From Candidatus Aminicenantales bacterium (GTDB lineage Bacteria; Acidobacteriota; Aminicenantia; Aminicenantales; Saccharicenantaceae), in the NCBI GenBank assembly GCA_049512315.1, contig JBEKXF010000027.1, positions 1-44,321 of the forward strand: a DNA stretch of 44,321 nucleotides, written 5' to 3'. This document shows positions 7,149-16,248 of the stretch, piece by piece; position 1 is the stretch's first letter, and each line of letters opens with the position of its first letter. The position numbers and the translations under genes are program-made. The notes under the pieces are model-generated. The model saw nothing but the letters and a program-made list of their open reading frames with translations. It did no database searches and was not told where the DNA came from.

Positions 7149-8693
7149 TCAAATGCCTTTCCCGTGCTTCTTCAGGTAAGAACGCCAGGTGATCGCCCAT
7201 TTCGCCGGGTCGTCGAACCAGCCGTGGTCGATCCGGTGGACGACGCTCCGGTAGGGAGCCCCCTTGACCTTCGCCGGGTCCTCATAAGCCTCCTCGGAGA
7301 TCTTTTTCAGGGCGGCTAGATACTCGTCTATCTCGGCTTTGGAGTAGGACTCGGTCGGCTCGATGGTGAAGGGCTCGGGCACGATGAAGGGATGATGGCT
7401 CGACCAAAGGTGGAAGCCGAAGTCCGCCATCCGGAGCGCGACGTCCTCGGTCGTGACGCCCGTGTCCCTCGTGAGTTTCTCCCAACTGTAGCGCACCTGT
7501 TCGATCCGGTGCCGTCCCTGGGCATAGGGGGCGCTTGCTCCGCGGATCTTCTTGACCTTTTCCAAAATGTAATTGTTGTTGAGCACGGCCACATTCGCCG
7601 CCTCCCGAAGGCCGCGTTCTCCTAAACTCATAATCCAGGCGTAGGCCTTGAGGATCGCGGGAAATACGCCGTAGAAGCTCCGGACTTTGCCGATCGTGTT
7701 CTTCAGGTCATGGCGGAGGAAATATCTTTCGCCGTCGAAATCGACGACCGGGACGGGAAGGTAATCCATGAGCTCCCCGACGACGCCGAGGGCGCCGCAG
7801 GCCGGGCCGCCGCAGCCGTGGGGCGTCCCGAACGTCTTGTGGAGGTTGAAGAAACACATGTCGAAGCCGGCTTCGCGCGCCCGGGTCACGCCCAGGATGC
7901 CGTTGGCGTTGGCCTGGTCATAACCACACAGCCCGCCAGCCCCACGGACGGTCCGGGTGATCTCGTCTATTTTCGGGTTGAAGATGCCCGTGTCCTCGGG
8001 GTTCGTGATGAGAAGCCCGGCCGTCCGCTCCGAGACGGCGAGCTTCAGAGCTTCGAGGTCGGGAAGGCCGTCTTCCGTTTGACAAATCGTGACGACCTTG
8101 TAGCCTTTGACGGCGGCCGCAGCCGCGTCGGAGGGATGGGAGAAGATGGTCGTGATGACCTCGTCGCGTGTCTTCCCCTCGCCCCGTGATTCGTGCCAGG
8201 CCTGGATCATCGAGGCCATGGCGAGGATGGCCGCTGAGCCCGAAGCCGGCTGGAAGGAGAACCGGTCGAGCCCCGAAATCTCCCGCATGAAAAGGTCCGT
8301 CCGGTGGATGATCTCCAGGGCGCCCTGGATGGTGCTCTCGTCCTGGAAGGGGTGGAGCTCCGCCACTTTAGGCGACGCGGCCAGGGCGTCGTTGATCTTC
8401 GGGTTGTACTTGATCGTGCACGTCCCCTGGCCGATGTCCACGTTGAGGTCGGCGCCGAGGGTGTGCTGGGAGAGGCGGAGGTAATGTTTCAGGACCCGCA
8501 TCTGGGAGATCTCGGGAAGCGCGGGCGGGGTCTTGCGGCGAAGAGATTCGGGAAGGGCCGAGATCCCGTCGCCGACTTCATCCGCGATGGCCTTCTCGAC
8601 CGGCGGGACGAGGATCCCTCTCTCTCCCTTCGTGCTAAGCTCGAAGATGACCTCCTCGTCCCATTTTGCCTGATGGAAAGCCCGCGGCTTCAT
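7149..8693 (-). CDS. gcvPB: glycine dehydrogenase (decarboxylating) subunit 2-like, divergent
   Basis: PLP lysine motif FNLHKTF, TNPEDTG, IEPTE; start MKPRAF at 8693 overlaps the gcvPA stop (ATGA). Confidence 0.88.
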   Translation of the reverse strand: MKPRAFHQAKWDEEVIFELSTKGERGILVPPVEKAIADEVGDGISALPESLRRKTPPALPEISQMRVLKHYLRLSQHTLGADLNVDIGQGTCTIKYNPKINDALAASPKVAELHPFQDESTIQGALEIIHRTDLFMREISGLDRFSFQPASGSAAILAMASMIQAWHESRGEGKTRDEVITTIFSHPSDAAAAAVKGYKVVTICQTEDGLPDLEALKLAVSERTAGLLITNPEDTGIFNPKIDEITRTVRGAGGLCGYDQANANGILGVTRAREAGFDMCFFNLHKTFGTPHGCGGPACGALGVVGELMDYLPVPVVDFDGERYFLRHDLKNTIGKVRSFYGVFPAILKAYAWIMSLGERGLREAANVAVLNNNYILEKVKKIRGASAPYAQGRHRIEQVRYSWEKLTRDTGVTTEDVALRMADFGFHLWSSHHPFIVPEPFTIEPTESYSKAEIDEYLAALKKISEEAYEDPAKVKGAPYRSVVHRIDHGWFDDPAKWAITWRSYLKKHGKGI

Positions 8694-10093
8694 CGGACCA
8701 CCCCCTCGAGAGCCGCCGCCAGGGAATCGATGTCGTCTTTCGTGTGGACCTCCGTGACGCAGAAAAGGGCACAGCCCGCCAGGCCAAGGAAATCCCGGCC
8801 CAGGTCTCTCCCCCCGAAAATCCCACGCCCGAGGAGGGCTTGGTTGATGTCGGCCACGCTCTTCCCCGTCCCCGTGAAATCGACGACGAATTCCTTGAAA
8901 TACGGCGACCTGAAGCGGGGGGCTTTCACGCCGGGAAGCTTGGCGATTTTTTTCACGGCATATTGGGACCTCTGAAGGATATGTTGTCCCAGTTCCCGCA
9001 TCCCCTGCGGCCCCATGAGGGCCAGATAGACGCCGGCCGTGATCCCCCAGAGAGCGGCCGCCGTCCCGACGAACTCCTTGCCCTTTTCCCGGACGCTGAA
9101 CGAGGTCCGGTCGTAAGCCACATCGCCAAAGCCCCATTCCCCTTCGACCGCCGTTTTGGCGATCCCGAAGAGCCGCGACGGGTATTCCATGACGAACCTT
9201 TCTTCGTCCCGGGTTGAAATGAAGCCGCCCTGGCCGCCTCCGAAGTTCATGTGGACGCCGAGGGGCTGGATGTCACCGCAGACGATATCGGCACCGTAGT
9301 GGCTCGGCGGGGCGATGACGCCCAGCGATATGGGGTCCACGCCGACGACGCACAGCCCGCCGCGGGCGTGGGCCATCTCGGCGATCCGCTGCCCCTGGGT
9401 ATCGAGGAAGCCCAGGTAGGAGGGATTCTCAAAATAGACCGCGGCCGTCTTTTCCGTGAATTTGGCCGCCAGGTCTTCGAGATCCATGCCGCCCGTCTCA
9501 GGATCATGACGGACCGGGACGAGGCTCATCACGCCGCGGCAATAGTTCTTCATGACCAGCAGACGGTCGGGACCGATCGTGTCCGCGACGAGGGCCTCAT
9601 CCCTTTTCGTGATCCGGCCGGCCATGCGGACCGACGTGCTGGCCGCCTGGCACCAGTCAAAGGTCGGGACGTTGACGACATCCATGTCGAGGAGCTCGGC
9701 CATCAGGCTTTCATACTCGAAGAGGGCCTGGAACCGGCCGTGGTCCTCGTACGGCTCTCCGGCGTAGGCCGTCAGGAATTCCGATCGGCGGTTGATCTCA
9801 TCGCAGACGGCCGGCACGTAGTGTGGCCAGCAGCCGCCGCCGAGGAAGCTCAGCGCCTCGGCGCAGGACCGGTTTCTGCCGAGGATGCCCTCGACATGCC
9901 GTTTCAGCGCCGCTTCCGATGTCAACGGCTCGGGCAGGTTCATCCGGCCGCGGAAGCGCAGCCGCTCGGGGATATCGCCGTAAAGCTCATCAACGTTCCG
10001 GACGCCGATCTCCCTCAGCATCTGTTCCTTCGCCTCGGGGATGGAATTCGGGATGTAGGGATGGACAAATGACTTTTCGTCGCTCATGGGCAC
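8690..10093 (-). CDS. gcvPA: glycine dehydrogenase (decarboxylating) subunit 1-like
   Basis: YIPN..MLREIGV, FLGGGCWPHYVP, RSEFLTAY, QALFEYE, GADIVCGDIQPLG..FGG, VTEVH; start 10093 or 10087. Confidence 0.88.
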   Translation of the reverse strand: MPMSDEKSFVHPYIPNSIPEAKEQMLREIGVRNVDELYGDIPERLRFRGRMNLPEPLTSEAALKRHVEGILGRNRSCAEALSFLGGGCWPHYVPAVCDEINRRSEFLTAYAGEPYEDHGRFQALFEYESLMAELLDMDVVNVPTFDWCQAASTSVRMAGRITKRDEALVADTIGPDRLLVMKNYCRGVMSLVPVRHDPETGGMDLEDLAAKFTEKTAAVYFENPSYLGFLDTQGQRIAEMAHARGGLCVVGVDPISLGVIAPPSHYGADIVCGDIQPLGVHMNFGGGQGGFISTRDEERFVMEYPSRLFGIAKTAVEGEWGFGDVAYDRTSFSVREKGKEFVGTAAALWGITAGVYLALMGPQGMRELGQHILQRSQYAVKKIAKLPGVKAPRFRSPYFKEFVVDFTGTGKSVADINQALLGRGIFGGRDLGRDFLGLAGCALFCVTEVHTKDDIDSLAAALEGVVR

Positions 10094-10186
10094 CTCAAGG
10101 GTCGGACTGCGCGTTCATCAGTCGTTCTCATCTCGGCCGGGCGGCCCGCCGGTCTCGTGCGGGAAAGACGGGCCCTGATCCCGGCG

Positions 10187-10969
10187 CTAGGCGATGCCGC
10201 CGCCATCCACGACGAGGAAGGCGCCGGTCACCCATTTCGAAAGGTCGCTCGCGAAAAAGAGGACGGCGTTAGCCACGTCATCGGGCGTCCCCACCCGAGC
10301 CAGAGGCCGGAGGGCCGCGGCTGCCATGAACGCCTCCTCCTCCTGACCGAGCTGGGCGCATTCGCTCCGGAGCAAAGGCGTGTCGATATCGCCCGGGCAG
10401 ACGCAGTTGACCCGGATGCCGTGGCGGCCGTGGTCGATGGCCATGGCCCGGGTGATGTTGAGGATTCCGCCCTTGGCTGCACAGTAGGCGACTGCGTCAG
10501 GGCCGCCTTTGAGGGCCCAGCCGGAGCCCATGTTGATGATGCTCCCCCCTCCGGCGGCGATCATGTGGGGGATGACGTGACGCGACAGGAGATAGGTCCC
10601 TTTGAGCATGACGTCGAGCGTAAGATCCCACTCCTCTTCCCCGAGCTCGATGGCGTTCTTCCGGACAATGACGCCGGCGTTATTGAAGAGGATATCGATG
10701 CGACCGAACTCGCGGACCGTCTCGCCGACGGCACGACGGCAATCGGCCTCCGAGCGGACGTCGCAGGAGATGAAGAGCGTCCGGCCGCCGCGGGCGGTGA
10801 TTCCGGCCGCGGCCGCGGTTCCTTTCTCCCGGTGGACATCAAGAAGGACGACCCCGGCCCCGAATTCGGCCAGCCGGCGAGCTGTGCCCAGACCGATTCC
10901 CGAAGCGCCACCGGAAATGACGGCCACCCGTCCTTCAAGAGAAACGATCTCTAATGCTTTTGGATTCAT
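10187..10969 (-). CDS. short-chain dehydrogenase/reductase (classical SDR)
   Basis: SGGASGIG, NNAG, YCAAK, IRVNCVCPG; ATG at 10969 behind GAGG. Confidence 0.93.
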   Translation of the reverse strand: MNPKALEIVSLEGRVAVISGGASGIGLGTARRLAEFGAGVVLLDVHREKGTAAAAGITARGGRTLFISCDVRSEADCRRAVGETVREFGRIDILFNNAGVIVRKNAIELGEEEWDLTLDVMLKGTYLLSRHVIPHMIAAGGGSIINMGSGWALKGGPDAVAYCAAKGGILNITRAMAIDHGRHGIRVNCVCPGDIDTPLLRSECAQLGQEEEAFMAAAALRPLARVGTPDDVANAVLFFASDLSKWVTGAFLVVDGGGIA

Positions 10970-11001
10970 GAAGGCCTCGCCCATGTCGCGAAGCGACCCT
11001 C

Positions 11002-11030
11002 GATATACCACAGGGACCGGGGACTGTCAA
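11002..11030 (-). promoter_or_regulatory. sigma70 promoter for SDR-gcvPA-gcvPB
   Basis: Minus strand TTGACA-N17-TATATC with a TG extended -10. Confidence 0.6.
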
Positions 11031-11184
11031 CATAACGGGTCTGATCTGCCTCCTCTTAAATATGGGTGTAAGGAAAAGGGATGAGGTCTAGGAAGATTGG
11101 CAACTCCATGCTGCCGATCCGGTTGAAGGACGGCGGCTAGCTCCAATACGCCGTGGTGGATATCCTCGGCCGCTAAGTTGCCTA

Positions 11185-11943
11185 TTATTCTCTCTGACTG
11201 GCCAGACCGCCGGCGATCTCCCCCCCGTCGATGACGAACGATTGGCCCGTAATGAACGCGGCGTCATCGGAGGCTAAGAAAGCGAAGAGGGCCGCTACTT
11301 CTTCCGGCCGGCCGAGCCGGCCGAGCGGCACCTTGGCCTCGAAGACTCGGCGCTTGTCTGGGGTGTATTCGGCCTCCTGCATGGGCGTCAGGATGAAGCC
11401 CGGGCAGACGCAGTTGACTCGGACGCTGGGTGCGAGCTCGAGGGCCATGGACCGGGTCAGCTCGATGACTCCGGCCTTCGAGGCGTTGTAATCGGCGTAG
11501 TAATGATAGCCCATGATACCGTTGGTCGATCCCATGTTGAGGACGACGCCGCCCGAGTCGGCGGCCATGCGCCGGGCGGCTTCGCGGGCGCAATAAAACA
11601 CTCCGTTGAGGTTCGTGTCGATGACCCGCCGCCATTCCGCCTCCGTGATGTCGAGGAAGCGATGGCGGAGGCTGATGCCCGCGTTGTTGATGAGGACGTC
11701 GAGTCCGCCCCACAGATCATCCAGCCGGGCGAAAGCGCCGGCCACGGACTCGGGCTCCGAGACATCCGCTCGGAGGACCGCTTCCAGGCTGGAGAGCTGC
11801 TTCGTCACACCGTCGAGGGCCGCCTCGTTCCTGTCGAGGACGGCCACCCGAGCTCCCTCGGCGAGAAAGCGGGCCACGATGGCCGCCCCGATGCCCTGGG
11901 CCCCGCCCGTGACGACAGTTCGTTTGCCTTTCAATCCGCGCAT
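11185..11943 (-). CDS. short-chain dehydrogenase/reductase (FabG-like SDR)
   Basis: TGGAQGIG, NNAG, YNASK, VRVNCVCPG; ATG at 11943 behind GGGGAGG. Confidence 0.93.
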   Translation of the reverse strand: MRGLKGKRTVVTGGAQGIGAAIVARFLAEGARVAVLDRNEAALDGVTKQLSSLEAVLRADVSEPESVAGAFARLDDLWGGLDVLINNAGISLRHRFLDITEAEWRRVIDTNLNGVFYCAREAARRMAADSGGVVLNMGSTNGIMGYHYYADYNASKAGVIELTRSMALELAPSVRVNCVCPGFILTPMQEAEYTPDKRRVFEAKVPLGRLGRPEEVAALFAFLASDDAAFITGQSFVIDGGEIAGGLASQRE

Positions 11944-11959
11944 CGCCACCTCCCCTAAT

Positions 11960-11988
11960 ATTATAGCCCACATGATCTTAGCGAACAA
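11960..11988 (-). promoter_or_regulatory. sigma70 promoter for the second SDR
   Basis: Minus strand TTGTTC-N17-TATAAT immediately upstream of the RBS. Confidence 0.55.
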
Positions 11989-12247
11989 AGACCGCCCACT
12001 AAACGGGCCTATTCGGCTTAGAGATGGATGTGCATGCCATGTGGCTCAGTTTTAGTGACTCAGATTAAAAATATCAGGGAAGCTAGGTGTTTGTTCTTGA
12101 CCTCGATCCGCAGCCCGAATTATCCTGTGCGGGACGGAAGTGTTGAGGTGTGGGACAGGAACAAGCTGTAATCTCAGGTCGACATCTGGCGAAGAATCAG
12201 GGGGTAGAAGCCTGTAGCGAGGCCGAATCGGCTGTTGTGAGGTGCCA

Positions 12248-14725
12248 ATGAACAGACGGGATTTGTTTCGCCAAGGGTTTTGGAGCCTGGCTGCTCTTCG
12301 GGGACTTGGCCGCCGGGCATTGTTCGGCGCGGCGGCGTCAGGAGGCGCCGGGGTGCCTGCGGTGCCGCAAGCAGCGGCCGCTCTCCCGCTCAACAAGGCG
12401 CAAGTCTACAGGCTTTTGGGCTTCGTCACGATGACCGGCGAGGACCCGCTCAAGATGTGGGAACGGCTCCGAGACACTCGCGAATGGCTGGTCGGGCCGC
12501 TATCTCCTGACGCCTGGCCAGGGCAAGCCTTCATCGCGGATCATGCCGATATTTTCGCCTTCCGGTTTCTTACTGTTCCCGCGGCGTGGACGAAGCAACG
12601 GAATACAGAGGGCGCGGTGGAGTTCTGCGCGAAGAACTTTCGGGCTTGGTTCGCAGGCTGGCCCAAGTGGTGGAAATTCGTGGGCCCGAAGGCACCCGAC
12701 AATTCATACGCTCGCCTCGTGTGGCAGGTTCCGGATGGCGGACCCGAAGTGACGTACGAATGGGCGCAAACCGCTGTGAACGAAGTGGTCTGCCGGATCA
12801 GGCATTCGCGGCCCTGCGACCTCGTGGTACAAGCCTACACACCATGGGACAGCAACCCCCCTCATTTTTCTGTTCTGTACACAGACGACCCCAGCCGCCG
12901 TTTTCTGCGGGCGCGTTCCTGGGTGCCGGGCACCCGCAACGGGATGCGCTTCGTCACAGCTTTCAGTGCGCCCTTCGATGAGAGCCGGCAGATCACCCGG
13001 GATGAGAACGCCGGACCGGGTATGCCGCGCGACTGGAACGCGCTCTTCAGCAACATCCAGACATTGTATCTTTGTAAGCGGCAAGGGCAAACCTACGACG
13101 AATTGGAGGCGAGCACCGCGGCGTGGCTGGAATCCGGCCGGATCGATGATCTGTTGGAACGCAATCGCGAAAAGTATTTGCGCACGCGTCCGGAGGGCGC
13201 GGGCTGACTGGCCGATGTTCCGGCCGCCATCAACGACCAACTCCAATGGAGCGAGGTCTACACGCCCGAGCGGCGGCGCGCCTACATCACCGTCAGTCGC
13301 GCCTGGGCCGGAGAAAACAACAGCGCGCCGGACTTCCTCTGGGACAGCTTCTTCAGCGCGCTGCTGGTTGCCCAGGAAGACGAGAAAAAGGCCTCCGCGC
13401 TTGTGCGCGATATCACTTCCTGGCAGAACGAACAGGGCATGTTCGCGCAATACGGTCAATGGGTGGCCCGACCGAACGACTGGATCTTCCCGGTCGCATG
13501 GGGCCACACTCAGTACCCCGTCGGAGGCCTTGCCGTCTCCAAGATCTACATGCGCCGGCCCAACAAACCGTTCCTTGCGGAAATCTACCCGCGCCTGCTC
13601 AAGAACCACCGCTGGTGGTTTTCGGACCGCGGCGATGGCCAACCCTGGCGCGACGGCAACCGAAACGGGCTGCTCGAGTTAGGGTCCAACTATCCCGAGG
13701 AGATCCCTTACGAAGATCGCCAACAGACCGCCTATTTCGAGTCGCACGACGACAGCCCGCAATGGTGGCACGTCGCAAAATACAACGAGAAGACCAACAC
13801 GTGCGAGCTCGACACGGTCGAGCGGAACTGCCTCTACACCATGGATTGCTGGATCCTCGCATGGATAGCGCGCGAGTTGGGTCGGACAGCGGAAGCAGCC
13901 GCGCTCGAACAGGAACACCGCGCCATGACGGAGAAGATCAATCGGCTTCTTTGGGACCCTGGGCGCGGTTCGTACGCGAACCGCCGCTGGGCGCCGGAAA
14001 ATGGGAATTGGTTCACGCCGCACATGGCGCCAGACATATTCCTGTCTCTGCTCGGACGTGTGACGCCCGCCGACCGCGCCGAAGCGCTGAAAAATCATTT
14101 CTACGATCCAAACAAGTTCGCCGGCGAATGGATCCTGCCGACGATCAGCCGCGATGACCCATTGTACTCGAAACAGCACTACTGGCGGGGCAAGGTATGG
14201 GCGCCGATCAATTGGCTCGTTTACCAGGGCTTCAAGATTTACGACTGGGACCACGAAGCGAGAATGCTCGCCGAGTCGAGCGCGAAGATGTTCCTGAAGC
14301 CGTGGCGCGATAAGGCTGAGTGCTACGAGAACTTCCTGGCCACCACCGGCGAAGGATCCAGCGACCCGCATTACACCTGGGGCGCCCTGATGGTCCTCAC
14401 GGCGCTAGAGGAGTTCATTGATGCGAATCCCTGGCATGGCTTGCGCTTTGGAAACCTCGAGCCCGTCGAGGAAGGAGCGATCCGCCGGTACTACGTGGCC
14501 GGCTCGCTCTACGACGTCGAACTTTCCCTCAAGCATATCGAGGTGCGGCGCGACAGCCGCTTGCTCTTTTCCGCCAACGCGCCGGTCGAACTGCGCCATG
14601 TCGAGTTTGAGGGCGATACCGTGTGCTTTGCGGTACGATCGGCCCGCGGGGTAACGCTTCGGGTCGGCGAAGGCAAACCGGAAACCTATGCGGCCGGTTT
14701 GCAGCGTGGGCACGGCAGGATATAG
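12248..14725 (+). pseudogene. Tat-exported GH63/MGH1-like (alpha/alpha)6 glycoside hydrolase interrupted by one in-frame TGA at 13205-13207
   Basis: ORFs 12242-13207 and 13403-14725 share a frame. Reading through gives EGAG*LADVPAAINDQLQWSEVY...VSRAW...FLWDSFF, then FESHDDSPQW, YWRGKVWAPINW and YENF. Twin-arginine NRRDLF. Confidence 0.85.
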
Positions 14726-14832
14726 CTGCCCGTTCCGTTGCGGTCATAGGAATTTCCTATCCACGCGTTATTGTGTCGTTGATATCGACGGTGTCTGCTG
14801 AGGTCATGGCAGTTTGCTCTGGAGGAAGCGAA

Positions 14833-15975
14833 ATGGATAGTAAAAAACAAGAAGTTTCGCGGCGCGCGTTTCTGAAAGCCACAGGGGCCGCGGGTATTGC
14901 GGTTGCCGTTCCTCTCCTTCTCCCGTCATGTTCGAGTACGGCGCCAGGCAGCTGGGTGAATAGTGTAGGGCCAAATTCTCCCGCCATTCACAAGAATGAC
15001 GTCCGGATGAACACGGATGCACTGCGAAGTCTGGCCGCAAAGAGAGGTCTGCTTCTCGGCACGGCGTTCAGCGTCGATGCCTTCAGGAAAGATCCGAGAT
15101 ATCGCGAGGTCATCGCGCGCGAGTTCAACTGTCTCGTGGCCGAGAACGAGATGAAGCTGGATGTCCTTCAGCGCGTGCGGGGACAATTCGACTTCGGACC
15201 CGCGGAAGTGATGATGGCATTCGCCAGCCGGCACGGCATGAAAGTGCGCGCGGTCCCGCTGGTCTGGCACGACGCGCTGCCGGAGTGGGCCATGGACAAG
15301 ACGTTTCCTCGCCAGGAAGCCCTCGACATCCTTCGCGAGCATATCTTCACCGTGATGCGTCATTTCCGCGGGCGAGTGTTCGCGTGGGATGTCCTGAACG
15401 AAGGCTTGAGCGACAAGGGGCAGGGATTGCGGGAAGCGGGCCCCTGGTATCATTCCATCGGCCCCGAGTACGTCGAGAGGATCTACCGCTGGGCCCACGA
15501 GGCCGACCCGCAAGCCGTGCTCTTCTATAACGACTTCGATATGGACGGGATGTCGGAAAAGGCCGACCGGTGCTATCGTTGGATCAAGGAACTCCTAGCT
15601 CGCGGCGTGCCGATCCACGGGATCGGATTGCAGTATCACGTTCAACTGGATAAGCATCCCGCGCCGTCGGAGGTGAAGGAGAACATCAGGCGGTTCAACG
15701 ACCTCGGGCTGGTCATTCATATCACCGAGCTCGACGTTTGGCTTCCCAAGAACGCCACCGAGGCGGACTTCCGACAACAGGCGATGATCTACCGCGGCGT
15801 CTTCGAAGCCGCCCTCGCCGCGCCGAACTGTCCGGCCATCCTCCTCTGGGGTTTTACCGACCGTTACTCATGGGTCCCCGGGATCAGCAACGGCACATAC
15901 GATCATGCGTTGATCTTCGACAGGGACTACCGGCCCAAGCCGGCCTACGAAGCCATCGCCTCCGTTCTTCGGTGA
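14833..15975 (+). CDS. GH10 endo-1,4-beta-xylanase family protein, Tat lipoprotein
   Basis: SRRAFLK plus lipobox-like LPSC; AENEMK, WDVLNE (acid/base), YNDF, GIGLQYH, ITELD (nucleophile); ATG at 14833 behind GGAGG. Confidence 0.92.
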   Translation: MDSKKQEVSRRAFLKATGAAGIAVAVPLLLPSCSSTAPGSWVNSVGPNSPAIHKNDVRMNTDALRSLAAKRGLLLGTAFSVDAFRKDPRYREVIAREFNCLVAENEMKLDVLQRVRGQFDFGPAEVMMAFASRHGMKVRAVPLVWHDALPEWAMDKTFPRQEALDILREHIFTVMRHFRGRVFAWDVLNEGLSDKGQGLREAGPWYHSIGPEYVERIYRWAHEADPQAVLFYNDFDMDGMSEKADRCYRWIKELLARGVPIHGIGLQYHVQLDKHPAPSEVKENIRRFNDLGLVIHITELDVWLPKNATEADFRQQAMIYRGVFEAALAAPNCPAILLWGFTDRYSWVPGISNGTYDHALIFDRDYRPKPAYEAIASVLR

Positions 15976-16100
15976 AGCCCGGAGACATTGGGGTGCGACG
16001 GCACGGGGCGATTCGTAAATCGGGGCGCGCTTTTAAGATGGCACGGCCTTCCTGGATGCACGTCATGAATGAGTTTGCCGTCGAAGCCATCGCCTTTTTG

Positions 16101-16130
16101 TTGACATCGATCTGCACCTCGAATTATCCT
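16101..16130 (+). promoter_or_regulatory. candidate sigma70 promoter for the GH39-like gene
   Basis: TTGACA-N18-TATCCT. Confidence 0.4.
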
Positions 16131-16248
16131 TTTTTCGCGATGGGGAGCCTCGATATCAAGCCCAACGGAAGCGGAAGTCTCACAACCCCCGAAAACGATT
16201 TTGTAGGTCCTGAACCTCAACCGTCCATCCACACCCTGTAAGACGACC

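Noticed and set aside
8694..9137. 148-aa N-terminal extension of GcvPB in the ORF track
   Set aside because: It overlaps gcvPA in another frame and is low-complexity Arg/Gly-rich; the likely start is the coupled ATG at 8693.
13205..13225. Selenocysteine or genome-wide TGA reassignment
   Set aside because: Many genes here end in TGA at proper C-termini (pepP, GH29, GH10, gcvPA). The context is not redox/Cys-like, and the hairpin is only 5 bp and too close to the stop for a typical SECIS.
14623..14832. N-terminal extension of the GH10 ORF
   Set aside because: It overlaps the upstream gene; the Tat signal and GGAGG RBS place the start at 14833.
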